Assembly: GCF_016592615.1 (NCBI RefSeq)
Contig: NZ_AP013043.1
Location: 1,020,001-1,052,000, forward strand
Direction: 5' to 3'
From: Isorropodon fossajaponicum endosymbiont JTNG4
Lineage (GTDB): Bacteria > Pseudomonadota > Gammaproteobacteria > PS1 > Pseudothioglobaceae
DNA: 32,000 bases
Below, piece after piece: positions 20,883-29,745 of the stretch (the first letter of the stretch is position 1; each line of letters opens with the position of its first letter). The translations under genes were made by a program, and so were the position numbers. The notes beneath the pieces were generated by a model. The model was not told where the DNA came from and did not search any database. It saw only the letters and a program-made list of their open reading frames with translations.

Positions 20883-22793
20883 CTAAAAAATACCATTTGC
20901 TTGTAATAAAGCATTAATCGAAGGCTCTTTACCTCTAAATTTTATGTATTGTTGCATAAAATCTAAACTGCCACCTATCTGCAAAATATTATACAAGAAA
21001 TCTTTAGAGGCGTTAGAGCCAATACCGCCCTCCCCTTGTACATAATAATAAGCATCAGCCGCTAAAACCTCTGCCCATTTATAACTAAAATATCCTGCTG
21101 CGTAACCCCCTGAAAAAGTATGCCCAAAGGTGTTTAAAAATCGACTTTCGTCAATGCTATCCATCAGTGCTGTCTCTAATCGAACTTGGGTTAATACTTC
21201 ATAGGTATCTACATTTGACATGTGTGTTTTAAGATCCCACAATGAAAACTCGCACTGTCGTAACATGGCCAGTGCTGAGTGGAAATTTTTAGAAGCAATG
21301 AGCTTATCAAACAAATCATCAGGTAAAGATTGCCCAGTTTTATAGTGCTTTGAAATCAAGGCGATGACTTGTTTTTCAAACGCATAAAATTCCATATATT
21401 GGCTAGGCAGTTCCACACCATCCCATGGCACACCAGATATGCCTGCAGCACAAGGATATTTAACCTTGGTTAATAGGTGATGTAGCGCATGTCCAAATTC
21501 ATGAAATAAAGTAACAATTTCGTCAAATTCAAATAAGGCTGGTTTGTCTTTAGTAGGAGAATTAAGGTTACAAACCACAAAAGCAACAGGCTTATGAGGC
21601 TCAATTAAAGGTTGATAATCTGCCATCCACGCGCCAGAACGCTTGTTTTCCCTAGCATATAAATCAAGATAAATTCTACCAATGAGTCCATTTTTATCAC
21701 TAACATTTAAAACTTTAGCATCAACGTGGTAGCTATCTTGCTGTATTTGTTCAATTTTAATCTGATATAAATTTTCAATGGTTGAAAACAGTCCGTTTAA
21801 TACACTGCCCTCTGGAAAGTATGGCATTAAATCAGATTTTTTAAATCCAAATTTTTGTTCTTTAAGTTGTTCACTACAAAATCCTAAATCCCATGGTTTT
21901 AAATCAATACCTGAAAAATCTTTTAATTCTGCTAATTCTAATTGTGCCTGAAGCTTTGAACGCTCCACCAAATTAGATAAAAACTGTATTACCTCATCAA
22001 CCTTATTGACCATTTTAGATGCAATAGACAACTGCGCATAATGCTCAAAACCTAAAATATGGGCCATCTCAGCACGTAATGATAAAATTTCATCCATAAT
22101 TGGCTTGTTGTTATAGTCAGTTGAAGTGATGCCTAATTCTGAGGCTCTTGATACATAAGCCCTATACACCTCTTCTCGCAAGTCTCGGTTATCTAAATAA
22201 GTCATAACATCCATATAAACAGGCATTTGCAAACTTAACTCATAACCCTTATCAGTTTTAATTTTTGCCAGTTCATTATCACTATAGCCTTTTAACTCAT
22301 CCTTATCTACAATTTTTTTCCACTCGTTGGTGGACTTTAAAACGTTTTTAGAAAATTCATTACTAAGCAAACTTAGTTTTTCCTTAATGACTTTAAATCT
22401 ATGCGCAATTTTGCCTTCCAAACCTACACCTGAAAGCTCAAAGCTCTCTATAGCATCTTTAACTATGTGTTGTTGTTGCTTGTTAAGGCTGGTCTTTTTG
22501 AGTGCCTTGTAAGCTTGATATAAAGCTTTATTGGTAGATATATCAGAATAAAAATTAGTAATAATTGGCAGTGTTTTTTCATATTGTTGATTAAATTCAT
22601 CACTAAACATCACTGCATTTAAGTGCGAGTTAACACTGGTGAACTTACCCAATTCAAATGCCATTTGATCAGTGGTTGCAACCACACTATCCCAGCTAGT
22701 GCCAAGGCTTGCTTTTTCTACTGCCTTAAGCCCATCTTGGGTTAATTTTTCAATGGTTTTGACAATATTTTTAGGTTGGAAATTTGGTTTCAT
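20883..22793 (-). CDS. prlC: oligopeptidase A (M3 metallopeptidase)
   Basis: 'HEFGHALHH' zinc motif, 'YLDLYARENKRSGAWM' and 'GGYAAGYFSYKWAEVLAADA'. It is collinear by eye with E. coli PrlC. Confidence 0.88.
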   Translation of the reverse strand: MKPNFQPKNIVKTIEKLTQDGLKAVEKASLGTSWDSVVATTDQMAFELGKFTSVNSHLNAVMFSDEFNQQYEKTLPIITNFYSDISTNKALYQAYKALKKTSLNKQQQHIVKDAIESFELSGVGLEGKIAHRFKVIKEKLSLLSNEFSKNVLKSTNEWKKIVDKDELKGYSDNELAKIKTDKGYELSLQMPVYMDVMTYLDNRDLREEVYRAYVSRASELGITSTDYNNKPIMDEILSLRAEMAHILGFEHYAQLSIASKMVNKVDEVIQFLSNLVERSKLQAQLELAELKDFSGIDLKPWDLGFCSEQLKEQKFGFKKSDLMPYFPEGSVLNGLFSTIENLYQIKIEQIQQDSYHVDAKVLNVSDKNGLIGRIYLDLYARENKRSGAWMADYQPLIEPHKPVAFVVCNLNSPTKDKPALFEFDEIVTLFHEFGHALHHLLTKVKYPCAAGISGVPWDGVELPSQYMEFYAFEKQVIALISKHYKTGQSLPDDLFDKLIASKNFHSALAMLRQCEFSLWDLKTHMSNVDTYEVLTQVRLETALMDSIDESRFLNTFGHTFSGGYAAGYFSYKWAEVLAADAYYYVQGEGGIGSNASKDFLYNILQIGGSLDFMQQYIKFRGKEPSINALLQANGIF

Positions 22794-22805
22794 AACATGC
22801 TAATA

Positions 22806-22893
22806 TGGTGGAAGGAGTGGGATTCGAACCCACGGTACCCAAAGGTACACACACTTTCCAAGCGTGCTCATTCGGCCGCTCTGACATCCTTCC
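22806..22893 (-). tRNA. tRNA-Ser (anticodon GGA), CCA encoded
   Basis: The reverse complement reads GGAAGGATGTCAGAGCGGCCGAATGAGCACGCTTGGAAAGTGTGTGTACCTTTGGGTACCGTGGGTTCGAATCCCACTCCTTCCACCA. It has a 7-bp acceptor stem (GGAAGGA/TCCTTCC), an anticodon stem CACGC/GTGTG with loop TTGGAAA, a long variable arm and a GGTTCGAATCC T-loop. Confidence 0.92.
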
Positions 22894-22935
22894 GAAAAAA
22901 AATTATTTTAATCAACAATAGCTAATATTTCAAGG

Positions 22936-24939
22936 CTAGTTGATTTTCATACCTGGCTTGGCATTAGAATCAACTGACAAAATATGTAGCGACTCACCAT
23001 CGCCTGCTGCAAGCACCATACCTTGTGAAATACCAAAGCGCATTTTTCTAGGCGCTAGGTTTGCAACCATAATGGTGAGCCGCCCTTCTAACTCCTCGTT
23101 TGTATAATGCGCTTTAATGCCTGCAAATACATTGCGCGTTTCTTGTTCGCCAATATCTAGTGTTAATTGTAATAATTTATCAGCACCTTCTACATTTTGG
23201 GCTTTGATAATTTTAGCAACCCGTAAATCAATTTTAGTAAAATCATCAATTTGAATCATACTATCATCCTTGGGATTGTCCTGTGCAACTACTTGCATAT
23301 TTTGTTTTGAAGCCTCAATAACTTGTTCAATTTTCTCATCTTCAATACGTGACATTAAAGGCTTGAATGCATTAATTTGATGCTTGGTTAAAGGGTGTTT
23401 TAAATCCTGCCAATTAAGCGTATCTATACTTAAAAACACCTCGGCTTGTTTTGCCATAACGGGCAATACTGGTTTAAGGTAGGTCATCAGTACCCTAAAT
23501 AAATTAATAGCAAGTGAAGTCACGTCATGCACTTGTGCTTGCTTATCATCTTCTTTTACCAATTGCCACGGCTTATGCTCGTCGATATATTGATTGGCTT
23601 TATCGGCTAGTTTCATAATCTCGCGCATGGCTTGATTATAATTACGTGCCTCATAATGTTTTTTAATAACATCACCACAAGCAACAAACACCTGATAAAG
23701 CTCAGGTTCAATAGCATAGGCAGATAAAGTTTTGTTAAATTTCTTAACAATAAACCCTGCACTACGTGAGGCAATATTAACCACTTTACCCACCAAATCT
23801 GAGTTTACACGTTGCTTAAAGTCGGTCAAATTAAGGTCGATATCGTCAATTTTAGCAGACAGTTTATAGGCATAATAATAACGCAAACATTCAGGATTAA
23901 GATGATTAAGATAAGTTCTAGCTTGAATAAACGTGCCACGAGATTTACTCATTTTTTGACCGTGAACGGTTAAAAACCCATGTGCAAAAATCGCACTTGG
24001 CGTGCGATAATTCGCACCCATCAACATAGCCGGCCAAAAAAGCGCATGAAAATAAACAATATCTTTACCGATAAAATGATAAAGTTCGGTATTTGAGTCT
24101 TTGTTAAAGTACTCATCAAAATCTAACCCTTGCTCATCACAAAGCTTTTTAAAACTCGCCATATAACCAATCGGTGCATCTAACCAAACATAGAAATACT
24201 TGCCTTCCACGCCAGGAATTTGGAAACCAAAATACGGTGCATCACGAGAAATATCCCATTGTTGAAGACCTTGCTCAAACCATTCAGATAATTTATTATT
24301 CACTTCATTTTGCAAATGCCCTGCTTTGGTCCACGCTTTAAGTTGCGCTTCAAATTGAGGCAAGTCAAAGAAATAGTGCTCTGAGTCTTTAGTGATTGGG
24401 GTTGCGCCTGAAATGGCAGATTTGGCATTTTTCAGCCCTGTTGGCGAATAGGTTGCGCCACAAACTTCACAATTATCACCATATTGGTCATTAGCATCGC
24501 ATTTAGGACAATCGCCTTTAATGAATCGATCGGGTAAAAACATTTGCTTTTCAGGGTCAAACGCCTGAGAAATGATACGTTTTTTAATAAAACCAGCATC
24601 ATTTAACTTGTGATAAATATTAGCAGAAATGTCTTTATTTTCCTGACTATGGGTTGAGTGATATTGGCTAAAACCAATTGAAAATTCTTTAAAATCTGCC
24701 TGATGGCGCTCACTCACGCCTTTAATTAACGCCTCAGGCGTAATACCAAGCTCATCAGCTTTAAGCATAATGGGCGTGCCGTGTGCATCATCTGCACAAA
24801 CATAATGACACTCATTACCCATCATTTTTTGAAAACGCACCCAAATATCAGTTTGAATGTATTCTAATAAATGCCCCAGATGAATTTCACCATTGGCATA
24901 AGGCAGTGCTGAGGTAACGAGAATTTTTCGCGATGTCAT
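22936..24939 (-). CDS. metG: methionine--tRNA ligase
   Basis: 'HLGH' ([11 protein letters not shown]), 'KMSKS', zinc knuckle '[18 protein letters not shown]' and a C-terminal tRNA-binding domain. 667 aa. Confidence 0.95.
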   Translation of the reverse strand: MTSRKILVTSALPYANGEIHLGHLLEYIQTDIWVRFQKMMGNECHYVCADDAHGTPIMLKADELGITPEALIKGVSERHQADFKEFSIGFSQYHSTHSQENKDISANIYHKLNDAGFIKKRIISQAFDPEKQMFLPDRFIKGDCPKCDANDQYGDNCEVCGATYSPTGLKNAKSAISGATPITKDSEHYFFDLPQFEAQLKAWTKAGHLQNEVNNKLSEWFEQGLQQWDISRDAPYFGFQIPGVEGKYFYVWLDAPIGYMASFKKLCDEQGLDFDEYFNKDSNTELYHFIGKDIVYFHALFWPAMLMGANYRTPSAIFAHGFLTVHGQKMSKSRGTFIQARTYLNHLNPECLRYYYAYKLSAKIDDIDLNLTDFKQRVNSDLVGKVVNIASRSAGFIVKKFNKTLSAYAIEPELYQVFVACGDVIKKHYEARNYNQAMREIMKLADKANQYIDEHKPWQLVKEDDKQAQVHDVTSLAINLFRVLMTYLKPVLPVMAKQAEVFLSIDTLNWQDLKHPLTKHQINAFKPLMSRIEDEKIEQVIEASKQNMQVVAQDNPKDDSMIQIDDFTKIDLRVAKIIKAQNVEGADKLLQLTLDIGEQETRNVFAGIKAHYTNEELEGRLTIMVANLAPRKMRFGISQGMVLAAGDGESLHILSVDSNAKPGMKIN

Positions 24940-25023
24940 AGTAATAGGCTTGTTAATATTAAGGGTGGCTCATATCGTTATACGATAAAATATCGCTATT
25001 TTACTTAATTGGATACAACAAAG

Positions 25024-26091
25024 ATGGCAGATTTAACCAACAAGAAAATTGAAGATATTTTATCCAAGGTTGTTGATGTTTATACTAAACAAGATATTGT
25101 TTCTTCAAATGTTATTAATGGTGATAAAGTTCAAGTTAACATTGAACTTAATTACCCTGCTAATAGTTACCACGCTACCTTATCCAAAGCCATTACCGAT
25201 GCGCTAGCAACAAAGGATATTAACAATGTTAGCATTGATATTAAAACCAAAATTGTTAAGTACACAACCCAAAAAGGCGTTGACGTCCTACCGGAAGTTA
25301 AAAATATCATTGCAGTTGCCTCAGGTAAAGGTGGCGTTGGTAAATCAACCACTGCAGTTAATTTAGCATTAGCTTTACAAGCAGAAGGCGCCAAAGTTGC
25401 TATTTTAGATGCTGATATTTATGGCCCTTCTCAACCTAGAATGCTAGGCGTTAGCAAAGCAAAACCAGAATCCACTGCTGAGGGCAAATTATTACCTGTT
25501 TTGGGTCATGGCATGCAAAGCATGTCAATCGGCTACTTGGTGGATGAAGACAATCCTATGATTTGGCGTGGCCCTATGATAACCCAAGCTTTAGAGCAAA
25601 TGCTAAGAGATACCTTATGGCGTGGCATTGATTATATGATCATTGACTTACCACCAGGCACAGGCGATACACAACTCACACTATCACAAAAAATCCCAGT
25701 CAGTGGCTCTGTGATTGTAACAACCCCACAAGACATTGCACTAATTGATGCCAAAAAAGGCTTAAAAATGTTTGAAAAAGTTAACATTCCTATTTTGGGC
25801 ATTGTTGAGAATATGTCTTTGCATATTTGCTCTAAGTGCGGACACGAAGAGGCTATTTTCGGTACAGGTGGTGGCGAGACCATGGCCGCTGATGCAGGTG
25901 TTGAGTTTTTAGGCGCACTCCCTTTAGAGATAGACATTCGAACAGACGGTGACGAAGGCACACCAACCGTTGCCAAAAACCCAGAAGGCAGAATAGCTGA
26001 GATTTATAAAGAAATTGCCAAAAAAGTCAGTGCCAAACTGACCCAACAATCTCGTGCAACCAGTGCTTTCCCAAGTATTACCATTGAATAG
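25024..26091 (+). CDS. apbC: Fe-S cluster carrier ATPase ApbC/Mrp (ATG 25024 preferred over TTG 25009)
   Basis: 'SGKGGVGKST' P-loop, 'DLPPGTGD' and 'CSKCGH' CxxC. It is divergent from metG, as in E. coli. Confidence 0.9.
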   Translation: MADLTNKKIEDILSKVVDVYTKQDIVSSNVINGDKVQVNIELNYPANSYHATLSKAITDALATKDINNVSIDIKTKIVKYTTQKGVDVLPEVKNIIAVASGKGGVGKSTTAVNLALALQAEGAKVAILDADIYGPSQPRMLGVSKAKPESTAEGKLLPVLGHGMQSMSIGYLVDEDNPMIWRGPMITQALEQMLRDTLWRGIDYMIIDLPPGTGDTQLTLSQKIPVSGSVIVTTPQDIALIDAKKGLKMFEKVNIPILGIVENMSLHICSKCGHEEAIFGTGGGETMAADAGVEFLGALPLEIDIRTDGDEGTPTVAKNPEGRIAEIYKEIAKKVSAKLTQQSRATSAFPSITIE

Positions 26092-26107
26092 CACTAAATA
26101 AGCAAAT

Positions 26108-26527
26108 ATGGATTATATAGAGCGGCTTAAAGGCAGGTTTATTGGCATCATGCAATGGGATGATTACCACGCACTGTTTGACAAGCTTAACAGCAATCCA
26201 AACGATTGGTATCTATACGATACCTTAAAAGTTGCACCAAAAGCGGTTGTCAATGCCAGTGAATTTATCGACACATTAAGTGATATTAAAAAAGTCATCA
26301 AAAGTGAACACCAAGAAAGATATTGCGGTATTGTTTATACCAATGATTTAGACAGCCCTGACTTTGTCAAAATATTTCACCCAAACAATCTAGGCAAAGT
26401 TTGTGGTAGTGGTGAAAATCCACCAATACCAAGGTGGTTATTATCTAAAGACAAGCCTATGGATATAGAAACAGAATTCGAGTCTAAAAAAGCACAAGGC
26501 TTTGTTTCTAAATATTTAAAATTCTAA
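26108..26527 (+). CDS. hypothetical protein
   Basis: 139-aa ORF 16 nt after apbC with ordinary local composition. No family recognised. Confidence 0.5.
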   Translation: MDYIERLKGRFIGIMQWDDYHALFDKLNSNPNDWYLYDTLKVAPKAVVNASEFIDTLSDIKKVIKSEHQERYCGIVYTNDLDSPDFVKIFHPNNLGKVCGSGENPPIPRWLLSKDKPMDIETEFESKKAQGFVSKYLKF

Positions 26528-26630
26528 CATTTTAAAAACCAGCCATTACTTACTCTAAAACAGACTAGGTTTATTTCTTTTTAAATAAATATTCTTTTAT
26601 TAAATAATCTCACTCTAATTAAATTCATAC

Positions 26631-26655
26631 AAAAAAATCACTCAGCTTCGCCGAG
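26631..26655 (-). terminator. candidate rho-independent terminator downstream of the FISUMP-domain pseudogene
   Basis: The minus strand reads CTCGGC-GAA-GCTGAG (6-bp stem including one G-U) followed by TGATTTTTTT. It lies about 105 nt after the TAG at 26760-26762. Confidence 0.45.
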
Positions 26656-26759
26656 CTATCAATACCTAAGTGCCACCCCAAACAAAGTGAGTAAACACCC
26701 TGAAAAGTGCGTCTAGGTAAAAATAGTCGAATAGTCGAATTAACACCCTCAAGGGATAC

Positions 26760-28323
26760 CTAGTCCTTTAGGCACCAAACACTAAAGCCGAAACTCTTAC
26801 TAAACGAATCACGACTCACTCGGGCACTGCCACTAAACAGAAAGCGGCCCCAAGCACTAGCCCCAACCTCAGTAGAGCTCCACAAGTTCGCAGTCGAGTC
26901 TCGATCGACAGAGCCACCAGTGGCGCGGACGCCCGCTAAGCGCGCCTCAAATCCACTGTCACCTCCTATTTTGAGTTGCGTGCCTTGGTCTGTGCCTCGG
27001 AATCCTGGATTGTCTTGGTCTGCTGTGCTCATGCCTAGTTCGCCTTCTAAAGTCTTCCAATCGCCATCCGAAGGAATGTGCCAACCTGTGGCACAAATGC
27101 CTTGTGCACCTTCGGCGGTTGAGCCATTCATAGCACCCTGCCCAATCGTACAGTTTGCCATAGCCGTTTGGCATCGTTACTAATATCGTTGTCATAACTA
27201 CAAGCATTGCCAGTAGTGACTGTGTGTTTCATGTTTTCAGCAGTCCAGGTTTGAGTGCCAATGGTGACGGTACTACAAGTAATGCCACCTGCAATCATAG
27301 TCTCAACAACATTGCCATCACTATCTACCTTTTCAGTGCGAATTTTGTTGCTACACTCTACCCAAGTAAATGCACCTAAGTTCATCTTACTACTGGCTTT
27401 AAAAGGGGTGTCAGCAATGGCAAAATGGGTGAGTTGCTCGTTATCATCAAATGGCAACTTAAAGCTTAATTTGCCATAGCTTTTACTGCTTGTGTTATTG
27501 TCTTCCTGTCCAAATTCAAAACTGATTGAAGGGGTGAGTTTAACTTCTATACCAAGAACATTGCCTTTGATGTTATCACCGACTTTAGCGTCCCAAAAAT
27601 AGTGCGTGCCTTTGATGGTTGCCCAAGGTAAGTAAGGGGCTTGTCCAGTCAGTTGGATGTCATAACCTGCTAAGGCTTCTTCAGTAGTAGTGGTGTCAGC
27701 GATTGTCTTTTTATCTGAGAGTGGGTGATAGACATTTGCACTAATACCAAAGTTTGTGCGTTGATATTCTAAGCCAAGGCTTAGGCGTTTGTGTGCAGAT
27801 TTGGTTTCATAGTCGGTGAATAGGTTAATGCCTGTGATTGCCATGTCGTCTTCAACCAAAATACGATGACCAATACCTAAGTTAATAGTCTCACGGCGAT
27901 TGCCTTGATTGTCACCAGAGGGTGATTTGAGCTTGGAAGAAGCTTAGGTCTTTGCTATTGTCGCTTAGCCCAGAGATGGGTTGAATGGTTTTAATGCTGT
28001 AGTCCAACTCTTTTGAGTTAATGCCATGAATGCTTATTTCAGTACGGCCAGAGCCAAACTGATTAAAAAACTGATTGGCTTTGTCATTAATTAAGCCTTC
28101 GGCTTTATTAATGGCTAGGGTTTTTAAGCCTGAGGTGACTTTATTACCTAATTCGTCAGCATTGTCTGAGTTTATAGAGCCTAGGGCGTTGCGTAGTGTG
28201 CCAATGGAGAATGAAAGACTAAAAAGAGCAAGTGCAAAGGCACTGGGTTTGAGGGGTTTAGGGCTTAGAGAAGACTCGGGGGAGGGTATTTTTGAATGTG
28301 CTTGTTGCTAGATTTTGTGGCAT
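26760..28323 (-). pseudogene. inverse autotransporter (intimin/invasin-type beta-barrel) with a FISUMP (Fibrobacter succinogenes major paralogous) lectin-like passenger, disrupted by four +1 frameshifts
   Basis: AGGAG (28330-28334) plus ATG 28323, then a stop after 21 codons. The next frame, open 28307-27915, gives 'KPLKPSAFALALFSLSFSIG...FGSGRTEISIHGINSKELDYSIKTIQPISGL...FFQAQ'. ORF 27128-27859 gives 'NRRETINLGIGHR...GINLFTDYE...LSLGLEYQ...ISANVYHPLS...GYDIQLTGQAPYLPW', which is the IAT barrel pattern, and then 'TVTIGTQTWTAENM...CSYDNDISNDAK'. 'GYGKLYDWAG' lies in a third frame. ORF 26760-27161 gives 'GICATGWHIPSDGDWKTLEGELG...GFEARLAG...LWSSTE...GFSVWCLKD', the FISUMP hallmarks. Confidence 0.75.
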
Positions 28324-28395
28324 TGGATACTCCTTTGATTGGAAGTATTTTTAAAACTAGTGGTAGATTGTACTGATTTTGCAAGGAATGTTTTT

Positions 28396-28977
28396 TTAAA
28401 TTATCTCGCAAGCCTCATCAAAATTTAAACGTGGCGATCTTGGGAAGATTTTATTATAGTCGCCATGACCAATGCCACATAAGAAAATAGATTTTGTTTT
28501 ACCATTTGGGAAAAACTCATTATCCAAGGTTTCGTTGTTAAAGCCACCCATTGGACCACAATCTAGCCCAACAGCACGAGTTGCCATAATAAAATAGGCA
28601 CCTTGCAAAGTGGCATTCATCTCCCCTGCTGACTTTATTTTTTCAGGTTTACCTTGGTACCAACTTTTGGCATCAGTATGGGGAAATAAAAGCGGCAATT
28701 TATTGTAAAATTCTATGTCATAGCTAATAATAGCAACAGCTGGTGCGCTCATACTTTTATCAATATTGCCTTCATCAAGATGTGGTTTTAAGCGTTGCTT
28801 AGCATCATCTGATTTAACAAAAGTAATACGCACAGGGCAATTGTTAGCTGCGGTTGGGGCAAATTTCATTAGTTCATAAATCTGATGAATTTGCGTCTCA
28901 GATATGTCTTGCTTCAACCAGCCATTGTGACTTCTTGCATGACGAAATAAAGTATCTAGTATGTCCTTATCAAGCAT
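28396..28977 (-). CDS. RutE-like nitroreductase-family protein (malonic semialdehyde reductase family)
   Basis: 193 aa, collinear by eye with E. coli RutE. Shared patterns include 'LF..AR(S/T)HNGW', 'MK..PT(A/S)AN..P.RI.F', 'LP.LFPH.DA(K/R)SW', 'GLD.GPM.GF' and a C-terminal 'RL.F(D/E)EAC'. No other rut genes are nearby. Confidence 0.7.
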   Translation of the reverse strand: MLDKDILDTLFRHARSHNGWLKQDISETQIHQIYELMKFAPTAANNCPVRITFVKSDDAKQRLKPHLDEGNIDKSMSAPAVAIISYDIEFYNKLPLLFPHTDAKSWYQGKPEKIKSAGEMNATLQGAYFIMATRAVGLDCGPMGGFNNETLDNEFFPNGKTKSIFLCGIGHGDYNKIFPRSPRLNFDEACEII

Positions 28978-29011
28978 TAAAATACCCTCAACTGTTTATA
29001 AAAATAATAAT

Positions 29012-29431
29012 ATGTTAGATTATATATTTTTTGATGCCAAACTATCAAACAAATTCAAAGACCATTTAACAAAGGTGGGCATAGAATTTAAATATGAACA
29101 AGACAGTGCGTTTGGTTCTGTACAAGGTGAGATTGTTTCAATTACTGATGAAACCAGTGAGAATCTATTGGATGAATTGCAAAATTTATACGATGAGTTG
29201 CAACGCGAGTTGGAAAAAATTTTAGAACAAAATGACGAAGGCTTGGTCATGAGTGCAGCAGGTATGGAAGTGAAGCTAAAAGATGGTAAATTATGCACAC
29301 TTAGGGTTGCGCCAGCTATTGTAGCGCGTATATTAACTGTATTAGAGTTTGATGAGCTACAAACGTTTGTTGACAATATTGCAAAAAGCGTGGAAGAGCC
29401 AGACAATGGGCATTTTTGTCATAACAAATAG
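29012..29431 (+). CDS. hypothetical protein (ATG 29012 preferred over 28961)
   Basis: 139 aa from ATG 29012. The 28961 start would overlap the divergent nitroreductase gene. It has an acidic helical segment, 'ENLLDELQNLYDELQRELEKILEQ'. No family recognised. Confidence 0.45.
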   Translation: MLDYIFFDAKLSNKFKDHLTKVGIEFKYEQDSAFGSVQGEIVSITDETSENLLDELQNLYDELQRELEKILEQNDEGLVMSAAGMEVKLKDGKLCTLRVAPAIVARILTVLEFDELQTFVDNIAKSVEEPDNGHFCHNK

Positions 29432-29440
29432 GAGAATAAA

Positions 29441-29743
29441 ATGAGTGAGCATTTTGTGATTATGTCATTTGAGTTAAATAATCAAGATTTAATGAATGAT
29501 TGGAAGACTTTATCAAAAGAAATTGATGAGGATATTGCCAAAGCTGATGGGTTTATTTCACGTGATTCTGGGGTTGATGAAGATGGACGTGTGTATTGTT
29601 TGGTTAAATGGCAGAGTAAAGTGCATCATGCAAACTTTACCAAATTATTTGAAACCAGAGAGCAGTGGCCACAAATGATGGCGTATTTTTGCAATATTGC
29701 CAACATGGAAACAAGCACAACTCAAATATTGGAGATTTTTTAA
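29441..29743 (+). CDS. small protein, possibly ABM/Dabb-like alpha+beta barrel domain
   Basis: 100 aa, starting 10 nt after the previous ORF with a GGAG upstream. The pattern 'FVIMSFEL...W....KE......DGFISRDSG.DEDGRVYCLVKWQS' loosely resembles antibiotic-biosynthesis-monooxygenase-like domains. This is a weak call. Confidence 0.4.
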   Translation: MSEHFVIMSFELNNQDLMNDWKTLSKEIDEDIAKADGFISRDSGVDEDGRVYCLVKWQSKVHHANFTKLFETREQWPQMMAYFCNIANMETSTTQILEIF

Positions 29744-29745
29744 GA

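Noticed and set aside
26760-27180. The GC-rich C-terminal lectin-like segment might be the variable region of a diversity-generating retroelement. C-type-lectin-fold C-termini are typical DGR targets, and a hairpin lies downstream.
   Set aside because: No second (template) copy of the segment and no reverse transcriptase gene are present anywhere in the window. The hairpin is about 105 nt from the stop and looks like an ordinary terminator. The idea can only be tested by searching the rest of the genome.
26920-27207. ORFs 26920-27183 (+) and 26959-27207 (-) as independent genes.
   Set aside because: The plus-strand ORF is an antisense shadow in GC-rich DNA. The minus-strand ORF is meaningful only for about 10 codons ('GYGKLYDWAG') as the bridging frame of the pseudogene, and the rest is an Arg-rich out-of-frame reading.
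28075-28311. 78-aa plus-strand ORF.
   Set aside because: It is antisense to the N-terminal part of the inverse-autotransporter pseudogene, whose minus-strand translation shows family-typical sequence. The track missed that frame only because it lacks a start codon after the frameshift.
29665-29745. The upstream start (29665) for the SQR-like gene, and 28961 for the hypothetical ORF.
   Set aside because: Both extensions overlap neighbouring genes. The 29665 extension overlaps the last 79 nt of the upstream ORF, and the 28961 extension overlaps the divergent nitroreductase start. In the SQR-like gene the extension also adds residues ahead of the N-terminal Rossmann fold.
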